NCBI RefSeq assembly: GCF_006345805.1
Contig: NC_043018.1
Location: 8,494,001 to 8,558,000, forward strand
Direction: 5' to 3'
From: Octopus sinensis
Lineage: Eukaryota
DNA: 64,000 bases
The position numbers and the translations under genes are program-made. The notes below the pieces were generated by a model. That model searched no databases and was not told the DNA's origin. It was given only the letters and a program-made list of their open reading frames with translations. This document shows, piece by piece, positions 1 through 12,930 of this stretch (position 1 is its first letter; each line of letters starts with the position of its first letter).

Positions 1-32
1 TACTTATCACACAGCCACTCCTGCGCCTATAC

Positions 33-87
<55 letters not shown>

Positions 88-455
88 CATACATACATAC
101 ATATATACGACAGGCTTCTTTCAGTTTCCGTCTACCAAATCCACTCACAAGGCATTGGTCGGCCCGGGGCTATAGCAGAAGACACTTGCTCAAGATGCCA
201 CGCAGTGGGACTGAACCCAGAACCATGTGGTTGGTTAGCAAGCTACTTACCACACAGCCACTCCTGCGCCTATACCTGTGTATATATATATATATATACA
301 TACATACGACAGGCTTCTTTCAGTTTCCATCTACCAAATCCACTCACAAGGCATTGGTCGGCCTGGGGCTATAGCAAAAGACACTTGCCCAAGATGCTAC
401 GCAGTGGGACTGAACCCGGAACCATGTGGTTCGTAAGCAAGCTACTTACCACACA
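1..455 (-). repeat. Tandemly duplicated 5' part of tRNA-derived SINE family A with (TA)n
   Basis: A near-identical unit of about 240 bp is repeated (cacagccactcctgcgcc...ggactgaaccc...ccatgtggtt). Confidence 0.85.
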
Positions 456-886
456 AAAAAAAAGGTCAACCTTGCACTTGAGTTAGAAGTCTTTATTATT
501 TATTGGAATAAAATGAATGGATTAAATGGTGACAACCAAAGGAAATACAGGGGCATTAGATGGGTTTGCGAGGAGAAGGGAGTGATAACCCAGTTTACTG
601 GTTTAGAGAAACAGAAGCCATAAAAGTATCAGTGGTTAGAGAGAGAGAGGGAGAGAGAGAGGGGGAGGAAACATGACGGTCAGTGGTGGTAGCATGCAGG
701 TGAGGTGTGGTGGGAGGTTTTAATCAATCCATCACATTTTGTTTTTTCATCATTTTTTTTTTCTTTTCTTTTGTTTACTGGATGCCTTCTCAGCCGTTTT
801 TCTGTCGTAGTAGCAACAGCAGTAATAATGGGGCAGACCCCAAAGTGGGTCTTTCTTGAGTTTTGTGAAATATTCAGTAGTAAATA

Positions 887-1290
887 GGCGCAGGAGTGGC
901 TGTGTGGTAAGTAGCTTGTTTACCAACCACATGGTTCAGGGTTCAGTCCCACTGCATGGCACCTTGGGCAAGTTGTCTTCTACTATAGCCTCGGGCCGAC
1001 CAAAACCTTGTGAGTGGATTTGGTAGACGGAAACTGAAAGAACCCCATATATGTATATATGCATGTATGTATGTATATGTTTGTGTGTCTGTGTCTGTCC
1101 CCCCCAACATCGCTTGACAACCGATGCTGGTGTGTTTATGTCCCCGTTACTTAGCGGTTTGGCAAAAGAGACCGATAGAATAAGTAGTGGGCATACAAAA
1201 GAATAAGTCCCAGGGTCAATTTGCTCGATTAAAGGCGGTGCTCCAGCATGGCCGCAGTCAAATGACTGAAACAAGTAAAAGAGTAAAAAG
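887..1290 (+). mobile_element. tRNA-derived SINE family A, representative full-length copy. Others at about 3870-4200(-), 14590-14997(-), 29095-29490(+), 38975-39340(-), 43115-43485(+), 43983-44340(+), 49125-49520(+), 53578-53838(+), 53915-54278(-), 54717-55120(+), 57341-57730(+)
   Basis: Pol III A-box-like TGGCTGTGTGG and B-box-like GGTTCAGTCCC, an internal (TA/TG)n tract and an A-rich 'gaaacaagtaaaaga' tail. More than 10 dispersed copies in the window. Confidence 0.9.
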
Positions 1291-2189
1291 AGAGAGAGAG
1301 AGAGTAAATCATCAAGGAAATATATTCTGGTCCTGAAAAAGAAGACTAGTCCCTAGAATTCAGTGATTGAGTCTAATTTAATTTTGATCCTGGGTGGCCA
1401 AGTTCTGGGACACAGGACTTGTGGTCTGAACCTATTTTAGCCCTTTAGAATTCAGATTATTTTGTGAAAAGTAATGCTTATTGATTCACATTGACTGGAA
1501 TTAGTCATGCATTATCTTGCAGCTTCAAGATTTCAAAGATGTGATAGAATGGGTAGAATATTTTGGGTGGGATATGGCCATTTTAAATAATATTGGTTTA
1601 AAATTTTGACACAAAGCCAGCAATCAAGGGTGGTAGGTTAAGTAGATTACATCACCCCCAGCACTCATCTGGTAATTATTCTATCAGCTGTGAAAGAACG
1701 AAGAGCAAAGCTGACCTCAGCAGGAATTGAACTCAGAATGTAAGGAGACAGATGAAATGCCACTAAGCATTTTGCCTAGTGTGCTAATGATTCTACCTGC
1801 TCACAGCATTAGATAAAGGATTAATATTGATTGATCTTTCACATCATGATACTATTAACAATATTCTACCTGTTGTGAGTAAAAGGTGACCTGTAAAAAT
1901 GCTTAACTCAAAGTGAATTCTTAATTGAACTTATGAGCAAAGACATCCCAGCTGTGACTATCCAGCCATCTATATTACAGATAGTGTATCTACCTTAGCA
2001 CAGGCGTGGCTGTATGGTAAGGAGCTGGGTTCAGTCCCACTGCATGGCACCTTGGGCAAGTGTCTTCAACTAAAGCCTCAGGACAACCAAAGTCTTGTGA
2101 GTGAATTTGGTAGGCAGAAACTGAAAGAAGCCCATTATATATATGGATGTATATATCTATGTGTGCCTTCATCCACATCTATTGCATTT

Positions 2190-2195
2190 TTTATT
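2190..2195 (-). terminator. Candidate GINS4 polyadenylation signal AATAAA (a proximal alternative lies at 2433-2438)
   Basis: tttatt on the plus strand about 310 nt downstream of the stop codon, at the end of non-repetitive 3' UTR-like sequence and before a SINE. Confidence 0.5.
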
Positions 2196-2503
2196 GACAG
2201 CAAATAACAATACAAAGACCAATAAGGCTGTCTTAAAATAACTCTGTATCTTACCCAATCCAGCAAGAAAAAAGCAAAGAACATTAAACAAACAAATACA
2301 GGTCTGTAAAAGAAGGCAGTTTTAATGTGTGGGTCTAAGTATGAACACATGTGTGTGTGTGTGCCTCACAACGATGGGTCCATAATTAGCCACCCATTCT
2401 CTTCCTTCCTTCCAAAAAAAAAAAATTGTCTCTTTATTTCTCACACATACACACACTCAGATATAATTTAATGTCATCCAGTTAATTTTACTTAATCAGT
2501 CAA

Positions 2504-2600
2504 TTATATTAGACTGATATCAGCAGAGGCCACCAGGGATTGGACTGGGAGGTACCGCATTATATGTTGATCACCTTTCTTTAAATCTACAATTTCATCC
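2504..2600 (-). CDS. GINS4: GINS4/SLD5 terminal coding exon 7 (G-DEIVDLKKGDQHIMRYLPVQSLVASADISLI*)
   Basis: ttttccag| acceptor, TAA at 2506-2504, 97 nt. Matches the SLD5 C-terminus (human 'IDLEKGSQHLIRYKTIAPLVASGAVQLI'). The seven exons total 666 nt in frame. Confidence 0.97.
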
Positions 2601-2631
2601 CTGGAAAACAGAAAAAAAGAGAAATAGGTAA

Positions 2632-2975
2632 ATCATCATCATCATCATCGTTTAACGTCCGCTTTCCATGCTGGCATGGGTTGGACGGTTCGACCGGGAT
2701 CTGGGAAGCCAGAAGGCTGCACCAAGCTCCAGTCTGATCTCGCAGTGTTCCTACAGCTGGATGCCCTTCCTAACGCCAACCACTCTGTGAGTGTAGTAGG
2801 TGCTTTTTACGTGCCACCGGCACAAGTGCCAGACGAGGCTGGCAAACGGCCACGATCGGATGGTGCTTTTTATGTGCCACCGGCACGGAGGCCAGTCGGG
2901 GCGGCGCTGGCAACGGCCACGTTCGGATGGTTCTCTTACATGCCACCAGCACTGGTATCACAGCTACAATTTCCA
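2632..2975 (-). mobile_element. 5'-truncated RTE-clade LINE 3' end with (GAT)n tail, representative copy. Others at about 7290-7680(+), 7830-8012(+), 10948-11335(-), 13465-13995(+), 24483-24945(-), 38660-38950(+), 45005-45400(-), 50170-50660(+), 60145-60800(-)
   Basis: Shared 3' UTR (ggcgttaggaagggcatccagc...gttaaacgatgatgat). Longer copies (49110-48950, 60800-60700) continue into the RTE ORF C-terminus 'GRGRPRKTWDEVVKHDL'. Confidence 0.85.
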
Positions 2976-4498
2976 TTATGGTAAATATATTCACATTTTG
3001 TGTGTGTGTATTTATATAGGGTAAAAGAGTTAAGACTACTTGACATCAGGTTAGGATACCTGGCTCATAATTATAACGTTTAGAGTTTGATCCCTACAGT
3101 GGGTTGTGTTCTTGAGCAAGACACTTTATTTCACATTGCTCCAGTCCACTCAGCTGGCAAAAATGAGCAAGTACCTTTAACTCAAAGAGCCAGCCTTGGC
3201 AAATTCATGGTCATTAATGACTGTAATTGCACCTAGAAAGTTCCCCTCTGAGGCACAAGTCCAGGCAAGGTTGTTTATGGAAGACCAGCAGTCGCCCATG
3301 CATAACAACTCCTCCTCTCCATATTACAGATGTTATTATCCAAGGGAAAGGCAAAGGGGCCGATACAGCTTGGCACCAGTGACATTGCAATTCGTTTCTA
3401 CAACTGAGTGAACTGGAACAATGTGAAACAGTGTCTTGCTCAAGAACACAACACTGCCTGGTCAGAGAATCGAACTCACTACCTCATGATTGTGAGCCCA
3501 ATGCTCTAACCACTGAGTCATGCACTTATATATAAATAACACTAACATGATGATGAAACAACTGTAAACTAATGAATAAACATCTATTCTCTCATTTAAA
3601 TTTATATACCGTAAATCCTCGAGTATAATCCGCCTTTTCCCCCCAAAATTTAACGGTCAAAATCCCTAGTGCGTACTATACACGAGGTTAAAAATGAAAA
3701 TTATTTTCTAAGCAATGTCTGAGTCTCTATTTGCTGTCCTGCAATGTTTTATTCAGACGCATTTTGTGATGTCGGGCACGAAAAAAACCTTAAGCTAAGC
3801 TTGAAAGCAATGAAGTCATAAAAGAATCATCCATAACTTGCAGTAAGCAACATTTATTCTTTGGAAGCCTAGTACTTATTCTATCGGTCTCTTTTGCCGA
3901 ACTTCTAAGTTACGGGGACGTAAACACACCACCATCAGTTGTCAAGCCATGTTGGGGGGGGGGACAAACACAGATACACAAACATATACACACACATACA
4001 TACATACACACATATATATATATATATATATACATATATACGACGGGCTTCTTTCAGTTTCCGTCAACCAAATCCACTCGCAAAGCTTTGGTCGGCCCAA
4101 GGCTATAGTAGAAGACACTTGCCCAAGGTGCCACGCAGTGGGACTGAACCTGGAACCATGTGGTTCGTAAGCAAGCTACTTACCACACAGCCACTCCTAT
4201 CCTGATAACATCAAGTGATTAATGAATTATGTAGGTGAGATAAAATTATACAGGTGACATAGCAGAAAACAATATTTATAAAACCTAATTTGAAAAAAAG
4301 GGAATGAGCAGGACCCCTTTTTGTGTAATTCAAAATATGCTTGGAAAACAATAGATACAAGACCTGAGCCCCATCAGTGGGTCTGTATTTCTTTTCTGTC
4401 TTGAATTGGCATTTATAAAGTCTAATGCCACCAAATGGGTTACTGAATCCCCTAATCCACTCAGCCATCCTAGAAAAGGGAGCAAAGCTGTAACTCAC

Positions 4499-4589
4499 CC
4501 TGTTTCCAATGTCTCTTCTTCAACCAAAACTCCATCGACATCTTTGTTGACCTTGAAGAAGACGTAGCTGTCCAAAGAAGGAGCGATTC
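4499..4589 (-). CDS. GINS4: GINS4/SLD5 coding exon 6 (G-IAPSLDSYVFFKVNKDVDGVLVEEETLET-G)
   Basis: ttctcaaag| acceptor, |gtgagt donor, 91 nt (phase 1 to 2). Contains the B-domain motif 'P.LDSYVF'. Confidence 0.96.
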
Positions 4590-4650
4590 CTTTGAGAATA
4601 GAAAAATTATTGGAATATTTAGAGATAAAAGGAATTTTTAAAAAATTTAA

Positions 4651-5178
4651 CCCTTTCGTTACCATATTTATTTTGAGAATAAATAGTGGAGAAGATATGA
4701 TATTGCTATGGGCTCGCTCTAGGCAAGAAGTTGAACATTTTTTTTGCTCATGAAACTACATGGACCCTAAGTAAGGCATGTATAAAATTTGAATGGAATT
4801 AGTTGTGTAGTTCTCAAGTTTTAGGGAATCGTAGTGGAGAAGATATGATATTGCTGTGGGCTCGCCCTAGGCAAACAGTTCAAAATTTCTTTTGCCGATG
4901 ACACTCCTCGGACCCTAAGTAAGGCATGTGTAAAATTTGAATGAAATTGGTTGTGTAGTTCTCAAGTTTTAGGGAAACACACAGACAGACACACATTCTC
5001 AGTTTTATATATATAAAGATAACAAAGAATTTAGTAAAATAACATCGTTGTCATTAAGCTGGTGTTAGGAACATAAATTGTGACTAAGGTTTGGTGGAAG
5101 ATTTGAATTCAGAACTTATGAAAAGACATTTATACTAAAGAGCCAGAGCCGGTTTCAGCTGGGTTGGTAGCGAAAGAG
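4651..5178. mobile_element. piggyBac-type MITE (same ccctttcgttac terminus) with an internal Helitron-like insert containing a duplication of about 148 bp (4684-5020)
   Basis: TTAA at 4647-4650 and 5179-5182; ends ccctttcgttacc / ggtagcgaaagag. Another right-end fragment lies at about 38465-38653. Confidence 0.75.
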
Positions 5179-6789
5179 TTAAGAACATTTATATATCTTT
5201 TATCTTTTCCTGTTACTAGTTTCAGCTTGAGAACTGTGGCCATGCTGGGGCACCACTGTTAGACATATCTATTTACTGTAGAATTATGCAGTTTAGTGAT
5301 ATACTTGGTGCAGAACAGGTCTGGTGTTTAATGTGTTGTATGAGTCCTGATTGAGAAGTTTTATGATCAAAGGCATTCCAGCCTTGACCATCCCTACTTT
5401 TTGTTTATACAATCAGCCTTAGACTACATTATCCCATGTGTCCTTTTCTAAGACAACAATGTATAATTTGAGGGAAATTTGATTGCTATTTCTAGCATGT
5501 AGAGTGACCATACAGAGGTTTCCTCTATAAGGTCTTTTGTGCTGTGTAGTCATCATCATCATCATTGTTTAACATCTGCCTTCCATTCTGGCATGGGTGG
5601 GACAGTTTGACAGGAGCCAGCCAAGTAGAAGCCTGCACCAGACTTCTGTGACTGTTTTGGCAGGATTTTTACAGCTGGTTGCCCTTCCTAACACCAACCA
5701 CCCAGCAGAGTGGACTTAGTGCTTTTTACATGGCCCAAGTACAGGGAAGGTCTGTTTTGGCAAGGTTTTTACAGCTAGATGCCCTTCCAAATGCCAACCA
5801 CTTTATAGTGTAGACTGGATGCATTTTAAGTGGCACCTGCCCTGACAGGGGTCACCAAGTAACTGCAAGGCAAAAATCTTTAGAGGAGAGGGGCCATTGT
5901 AGTCTTGTTATTTAATCCCAGTCCTGCTATGAGCAAGTGGACTTGTGATCCAAGGCATTCTGAGATCATCTCATCTGATTTTCCTTTTCATTATCTAGTG
6001 TGACTTTTCTCACTTTTAAAATGGCAGGATGGGATATGAGGGACATTTTGCCGCTATTTCCAGCAGATCAAGCAACCACCTTGAGCAGTGGTTCTCAACC
6101 ATCTTTTTGCCAATAGAACCCTTTTGATTACCATTCCATTCTGGTGGACCTCCATAACCATTCGAGGTTTAAAAACTAGTTTCATAGATACTTCTTCCTA
6201 AATTCCTTTTTTATTTTTTTACACATTAACTTGTTTTGGTTGAACAATGTAAAATGTTAGAGAAAGAAACCCAGCTGTCTTTTGCAATGAATACATCTCA
6301 GTCATTTGACTGTGGCCAAGCTGGAGCACCGTCTTGAGTCAAGCAAATCGAGGGGTGTATGAGGGGTAGAGGAGGTGGGTATGTTGTATTGATGAGGATA
6401 TGGATGGATATAAAGTATTGAAAGTTGACAGTACTGATGAGAGATAAGGGTGGACATGGTACATTGATTTTAGGGTATTCGCTAGGCATAGGACAAGTAT
6501 GGAATATTGATAGGGTTAAGAATGGATCTGGTACCCTGGAAAGGATAAGAGTGTGCTGGTAAGAATAAGGGCATGTAAAGGGTGTACAAGGGTGTGTTTA
6601 GTGTACTGATTTGGGTAGTAGTAATTTGGTATATTGAGAAAGTTAAGGGTAGATTTGTGGAGGAAAAATATAGATTGCTGGCTACTGACGCCCCTGGGTA
6701 TCACTAAAGCTGTTGAGGGCACAGGGTTGATGATGGTGGTGATAGGGATGATGGAAGTCATGATGGCAATGGGCTCAATGTTGTTGTTG

Positions 6790-7235
6790 GTGGCAATGTT
6801 GGTGGAGCTGATGATGTTGGTAATGTTGGTGGTGAGGTGATGATAATGGTAATGGGCTTGATGTTGTTGTTGGTGGGGGCCAATGATGTTGGTGATGTTG
6901 GTGGTGGTGAGGTGATGATGGTAGTTGTGATGATAATGGTGATGGGCTTGATGTTGTTGTTGGTGGGGGCCAATGATGTTGGTGATGTTGGTGGTGGTGA
7001 GGTGATGATGGTAGTTGTGATGATAATGGTGATGGGCTTGATGTTGTTGTTGGTGGGGGCCAATGATGTTGGTGATGTTGGTGGTGGTGAGGTGATGATG
7101 GTAGTTGTGATGATAATGGTGATGGGCTTGATGTTGTTGTTGGTGGGGGCCAATGATGTTGGTGATGTTGGTGGTGGTGAGGTGATGATGGTAGTTGTGA
7201 TGATAATGGTGATGGGCTTGATGTTGTTGTGGTAG
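6790..7235. repeat. 90-bp minisatellite (about 4.5-5 units) built from GAT/GGT/GTT triplets
   Basis: Units start at about 6927, 7017, 7107 and 7197, with identical central copies. This repeat produces the spurious ORFs 6758-7264 and 6837-7235. Confidence 0.92.
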
Positions 7236-8346
7236 TGATGATGATGATAGTAGTGCTGCTGCAACTAATGATGATAATAATTATGGTAGTGTGCCAGAGC
7301 GGCTAACTGGCTTCTGTGCCGGTGGCACGTAAAAAGCACCATTCAAGCGTGATCGTTACCAGTGTCGCCTTACTGGCACTTGTGCCGGTAGCATACGAAA
7401 AGACATTCGAGCAAGGTTGTTGCCAGTGCCGCTGGACTGGCTCCTGTGCAGGTGGCACGTAAAAAGCACCATTTGAGCGTGACCATTGCCAGTACCACCT
7501 GACTGGCACGTAAAAGCACCCACTACACTCTCGGAGTGGTTGGCGTCAGGAAGGGCATCCAGCTGTAGAAACTCTGCCAGATCAGATTGGAGCCTGGTGC
7601 AGCCATCTGGTTTGCCAGTCCTCAGTCAAATCGTCCAACCCATGCTAGCATGGAAAGCAGATGTTAAACGATGATGATGATGATAATGATGTATGTGATG
7701 AAGATGATGGCAATGTCACCAAATAAATTATTATTCAATGAGTGAATTATAGACAGCATCTATTGATGCTGGTAGAGTGGTGAAATTGATGAAGGTGATG
7801 TTGGAGATGAAGACAAAGTTTTGCCAGCCTCCCCTGGCATGTAAAAAGCACCCACTACACTCACGGAGTGGTTGGCGTTAGGAAGGGCATCCAGCTGTAG
7901 AAACACTGCCAGATCAGACTGGAGCCTGTGCAGCCTCCTGGCTTCCCAGACCCCGGTCGAACCGTCCAACCCGTGCTAGCATGGAAAACGGACGTTAAAC
8001 GATGATGATGATGATACGACAGACAAAATGTGTTATTGATGTTGCTGATGATGATGTTGATAATAATGTCGTCGATGGTGGTGATGATGATGATGATGGT
8101 ATTGATGATGATGACAATAGTGATGATGGTGTTGCTGATGACAATGATGGTGGTGATGATAGTGGAGGTACTGTTGTTGATGATGATGATGGATAGTGGT
8201 GATGGTGGTACAGTGATGATGAGGATGTTGCAGATGATGATGATGGTATTATTGTTGATGGTGGTTACTGATGATAGTGATGATGATGGTATTGTCATTG
8301 ATGGTGGTGGTAATGTATGCGATAAACCTAGACCGATGACCCTTAC

Positions 8347-8435
8347 CAGATAAATTAGACCTCAATGTATGCAACATAGCTGGCATGTGTTGGACGGCAA
8401 GACCTGTGAGATGATCTTCAACAGAAGACAAATAC
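8347..8435 (-). CDS. GINS4: GINS4/SLD5 coding exon 5 (E-YLSSVEDHLTGLAVQHMPAMLHTLRSNLS-G)
   Basis: atcttcag| acceptor, |gtaagg donor, 89 nt (phase 2 to 1). Contains the 'HMP' motif (human 'VALKHMPPNLQ'). Confidence 0.95.
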
Positions 8436-8599
8436 CTGAAGATAAAAAGAAACAAGTTTATAGCGAGAGACATGTACGCAAACAGCATTAGACACACTCA
8501 CACATGCACGCACACACACAAACACATAGTGACAGACATACAAGGTGCTCCAGTATGGCTAAAACAAAGTAAATAAATGGACATAGCAATAAACACACA

Positions 8600-8903
8600 T
8601 TGTTCCTTCTTGAGCCATCCCTGATTCATAAGGGCTGGTTTCCCGGTTTCCTTGGCGTATAGGTTCCCCACCTGGACGGGACGCCGGTCCATCGCAGGTG
8701 AGCTGCAAGATGCAGGAGGAAAGAGTGAGAGAAAGTTGTGGCGAAAGTGTCAGCAGAAGTTCGCCGTTACCTTCTGCCGGAGTCACGTGGAGCTTAGGTG
8801 TTTTGCTCATAAACACACACACACATTGCCTGGTCTGAAATTTGAACCCCCGATCCCTCGACCATGAGTCCGCTGCTCTAACCACTAGGCCATGTGCCTC
8901 CAC
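8600..8903 (-). mobile_element. tRNA-derived SINE family C (tgtggaggcacatggcctagtggttagagc...). Related heads at about 12250-12590(-), 17160-17505(+), 23710-24022(-), 32890-33120(+), 38200-38440(-)
   Basis: tRNA-like A box (TGGCCTAGTGG) and B box (GGTTCAAA), followed by a shared 'gagcaa.acac' domain. Multiple copies. Confidence 0.8.
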
Positions 8904-9682
8904 AAGACACATACATACACTTATTTCCTTTCTCCTTTTCCTTAAGCCCAAAGATCCACAAGGGCCCAGTTACTCAGTTTCTGTGGTGTATAAGTGACTG
9001 AGATCGCAACATTACCCCTGAACAGGACACAATCAGTTGCAGGGTTGAAGGGGAGGGGACAAGTCAATTACACTGACCCCAGTATTAAACTGGTACTTTA
9101 TTTTATTGACTCCTCACACGGGATGAAAGGCAAAGTTGGTCTCAGTGAGATTTGAACTCAGGATGTAAAGAACCAGAAGAAATGATTCTGAGCATTTTGT
9201 CCAGTGTGCTGACAATTTTGCAAGCTTGCCACCTTATATAAATACACCTGTAAATATACACGCAAATATATACATTTCTCTCTCCCTCATATATACCTAT
9301 CATAATAAAAGAGAAATTCTGTCTGTCTGGGAACCCTGTATTTCAGTCTATGTATAGACATATTATACCTTTTTGGAATGAGAATGATCCTGGGATTGAA
9401 CACCTACCCTTCATCTAGTTCTTGAACACATCCAGCATTTGGATCAGGTCTGAATGAGGATTTGTTATATGCCAACAGCTGAAAACTCAAATTTTAAAAG
9501 AACTCCCAAAATTTGTGAACTTTCAAGTTTTTCATTTGAACTGAATTCAAAGCAATAACATATTGGTAGGATACCAATAAGAGCTTTATTATTATGGTTC
9601 TCTTTAGTTTTGGACCGCGGGCCCAATTAGGCCTCCACAGGAACTAGCTTAAAAGTCCACATGAAGTGCAGCTTTTAAACTA

Positions 9683-9731
<49 letters not shown>

Positions 9732-9749
9732 TACACACACATACATACA

Positions 9750-10600
9750 TAGGGTATGATGGGTAAATTGTTGCCATTTTATATTTTTAATTTCGTGCAT
9801 GCACATTGTTTGATTTTGATTGTCAACTACACAGTATAGTAGGGTCAGTTGGGCACTGACTGTGAGAAAAACAGCGGTATGACGCAATTCACTCTGAAAT
9901 TTGGAAACGACATGCTGTACCGCTTGGCATTCGTGCCAGCAGCTCCAATATAAACATTTCAATTTGAGGACATGTACCGAGAGTGATAAAAATCAAGCAC
10001 CCTGTCAACATCATGGTGTTTGGAGTGATTACTAGTAATGGTGATGTTATGCCTCCCTTCATCATCCCACACAGTTTCAGACTCAACACGGAGGTCTACA
10101 TCAAGCGCCTGGAGGAGGAAGTGCTTCCCTGGGTCAAGAAAATGGCTGCTAAAAGACCCTAAGTCTAGCAACAGAACTCTGCACTGTGCCACACAAGCAG
10201 GAGAACCCAGTCATGTCTGTCAGACAATTTCTGCGACTACATCACCCCTAACATCTGGCCACCTAACTCCCCAGGCTGCAACCCTCTAGGTTATTATGTG
10301 TGGGGGTGTAGCTGAGTGAGAGACCAACAAAACTCCTTGTAACACCAAAGATGAACTAAAGGCAAGGATTATGGCAGCATTCACAACTTAAACAAGGAGA
10401 CCATCCAGAAGAGTTGCAGGAGATTCAGAAGTCATCTGGAGACTGTGGTTGAAACCAATGGTGATTCTATTGAATAAATTTACTCTTTAGTATTTCAAGA
10501 TATTTTTATGTAATTTTGTTAAATATATCTGTTAAAATAAGATGTTAGTGCTATTTTCGTTTTTGCGTAATTTAGACAACAGTTTATTCGCCACACTCTG
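9750..10600 (+). mobile_element. Internally deleted Tc1/mariner-superfamily transposon remnant
   Basis: Broken frames read 'KHPVNIMVFGVITSNGDVMPP', 'LNTEVYIK' and 'IWPPNSPGCNPLGYYVWG' (the WPPxSPDxNPLD motif). Confidence 0.8.
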
Positions 10601-11411
10601 CGTATTTATATATATGTTGGTTGAATTTATGATCATCAAACCGGTTTAAACCTGTTTAAAATTTTACTTGAAAATGCTGATGTAATCTATGAACATATCA
10701 ATAAAATTCAATCAAAACAGCTGTTGTAAAATTTAAAGCCTATTTGCATTCTTTTTTTTACAACTACGCTGCACCTAGAACCAGCCCGGAGTTGGATTTC
10801 TGCTTTAAATTGGATTTGGTATTTACATATCCCCAGTAGTCTATCAACACAAAATACTTTCGTGGTTGAATCTTATGTCATTACCCAGCCTTTTCTGGCA
10901 TTTTACATGTTGATGCGCCTATAGTCTAATGTCCAATAACTAATATATCATCATCATCATCATCATTTAGAGTCCGCTTTCCATGCTAGCATGGGTTGGA
11001 CGGTTCAACTGGGGTCTGGGAAGCCAGAAGGCTGCAGCAGGCCCAGTCTGATCTGGCAATGTTTCTACGGCTGGATGCCCTTCCTAACGCCAACCACTCC
11101 GTGAGTGTAGTGGGTGCTTTTTTACATGCCACCAGCACAGGTGCCAGACGGGGCTGGCAAACGGCCATGATCGGATGGTGCTTTTTACGTGCTACCGGTA
11201 CAGCGCTGGCAACGGCCACGTTCGGATGGTTCTCTTACATGCCACCGGCACTGGTATCACAGCTACAATTTCCATTGATGTTGATTGATTTCGATTTTGA
11301 TTCTCACTTGCCTCAACAGGTCTTCACAAGTAGAGTTTTTGTGTGTGTATGTATATATATATATATATATATCATGAGGTAGTGAGTTAAATTCCTGGAG
11401 CAGGTTGTGTG

Positions 11412-11970
11412 GGATCTTTACTTTTTGACCGACAGATTTAAAAAATAATTTTTTGTAACTAAACACTTTTAAACTTCGGACACTGGTAGAATGTGTCATA
11501 TAAAACATCTTTTACTCTTAGCATTTTTGAGAAAAACTTATATTTACGAAGTTATTTCACATTAAAGTTGTCCTATTTCGGTAATTTCAACCAATCAATG
11601 ACGTGTATTCAGCTGAATAAAATTACTGCTGTTGTTTGTGAACAACAACTAACGGCGGTGTATATTTCGTTTGTCATTGTTATTTATGACAACCCTAAAA
11701 CCTTAAAACCAGTACAAACGCACGAACGATGTCATAAATAACAGTGACAAACGAAAAATACACTGCTGATAGTTGCTGTTGACAAACAACGGCAGCAATT
11801 TTATATCAGCTGAATACATTTCATTGATTGGTTGAAATTACCGAAATAGGACAACTTTAATGTGAAATTACTTCGTAAATATAAGCTTTTCTCAAAAACG
11901 CTAAGAGTAAAAGATGTTTTATATGACACATTCTACCAGTGTCTGAAGTTTGAAAGTGTTTAGTTACAAA
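11412..11970. mobile_element. Foldback MITE related to the 41303 family (long internal palindrome)
   Basis: Arms at about 11455-11700 and 11720-11970 are near-reverse complements. Shares 'acacattctaccagt' with the 41303 family. Confidence 0.8.
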
Positions 11971-12599
11971 AACAGACAATGGACATGAGTTAGAATAAGA
12001 ATATATATTTTGTCAGGCTCGTATTTTGTTGGACTACATGACTCTCCTAGGAATAATGAATGGGTGGTGAAGATAGAAAGAAAACTCAATTATGGAGAAA
12101 TCATAGTGATGTGCAAACTTCCACACACAGAGTTCTTCATTCTAAGCAGTCTGACTACATTCCTATATAATGGTTACTTCTAGGAACACACATTGGTTTG
12201 GTGATGCAAGCAGGAAAACAGAACTCAAAAACATGAGTATATATAAGGGTAAAGACCCCCTTCGGTCATGAATGATCATGGGAATGCATGTAGAAAGTTA
12301 CCTTCCGAGGCACAAGTCTGGGCAAGGTTGTTTACAGAAGACCAGCAGTCGCTCATGCATACTAGCCTCTCCTCTCCACACCACTGATGTTATCCAAGGG
12401 AAAGGCAAAGGCTGATACAGCTTGGCACCAGTGACATCACAACTCATTTCTACAGCTGAATTAATTGGAGCAATGTGAAATGAAGTGTCTTGCTCAAGAA
12501 CATAACACACAGCCTGGTCCGGGAATCAAACTCATTACCTCACGATTGAGAGCCTGATGCTCTAACCACTGAGCCATGCACCTTCACAGTATATATATT

Positions 12600-12930
12600 T
12601 AAGTTAAGTTAATTTTTTGGCTCAAAAAGCAAAAAGCAAGGCCATGTAGGGGGACATGGAGTTATGTACAGGGAGGGTGTTCATGCAAAGAGTTCAGGCC
12701 ATTTCTGGTCAAGAGAGACTTTGAACCGAGCGGTCGTCGGCATCTTCACTATCTCGTCTGGCAGCTTATTCCACGGATCTGCAACCCGGATGGAGAAAGC
12801 CCCTCTCTTTCGATTGAGATGAAATCGTCGCAGATAGAGCTTTTCGGAGTGACCCCACAGCCGACGCTCTGGAACAGGAGTGAAGAACAGCTCTTTCGAG
12901 AGGTTACACTTTCCACTTATGATGTTTATA
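12600..12930 (-). mobile_element. CR1/L2-type LINE 3' end
   Basis: Minus strand reads 'GHSEKLYLRRFHLNRKRGAFSIRVADPWNKLPDEIV', typical of a CR1-group ORF2 C-terminus, followed by a (ttaac)n tail. Confidence 0.75.

Noticed and set aside
887-960. tRNA-like sequences at SINE heads
   Set aside because: A and B boxes are present but there is no complete cloverleaf. They are always attached to SINE bodies, so they were not called as tRNA genes.
6758-7264. 168-aa Thr/Pro/Ile-rich mucin-like ORF, and the 132-aa ORF on the opposite strand
   Set aside because: Translation of a 90-bp triplet-derived minisatellite inside a GINS4 intron. No splice or homology support.
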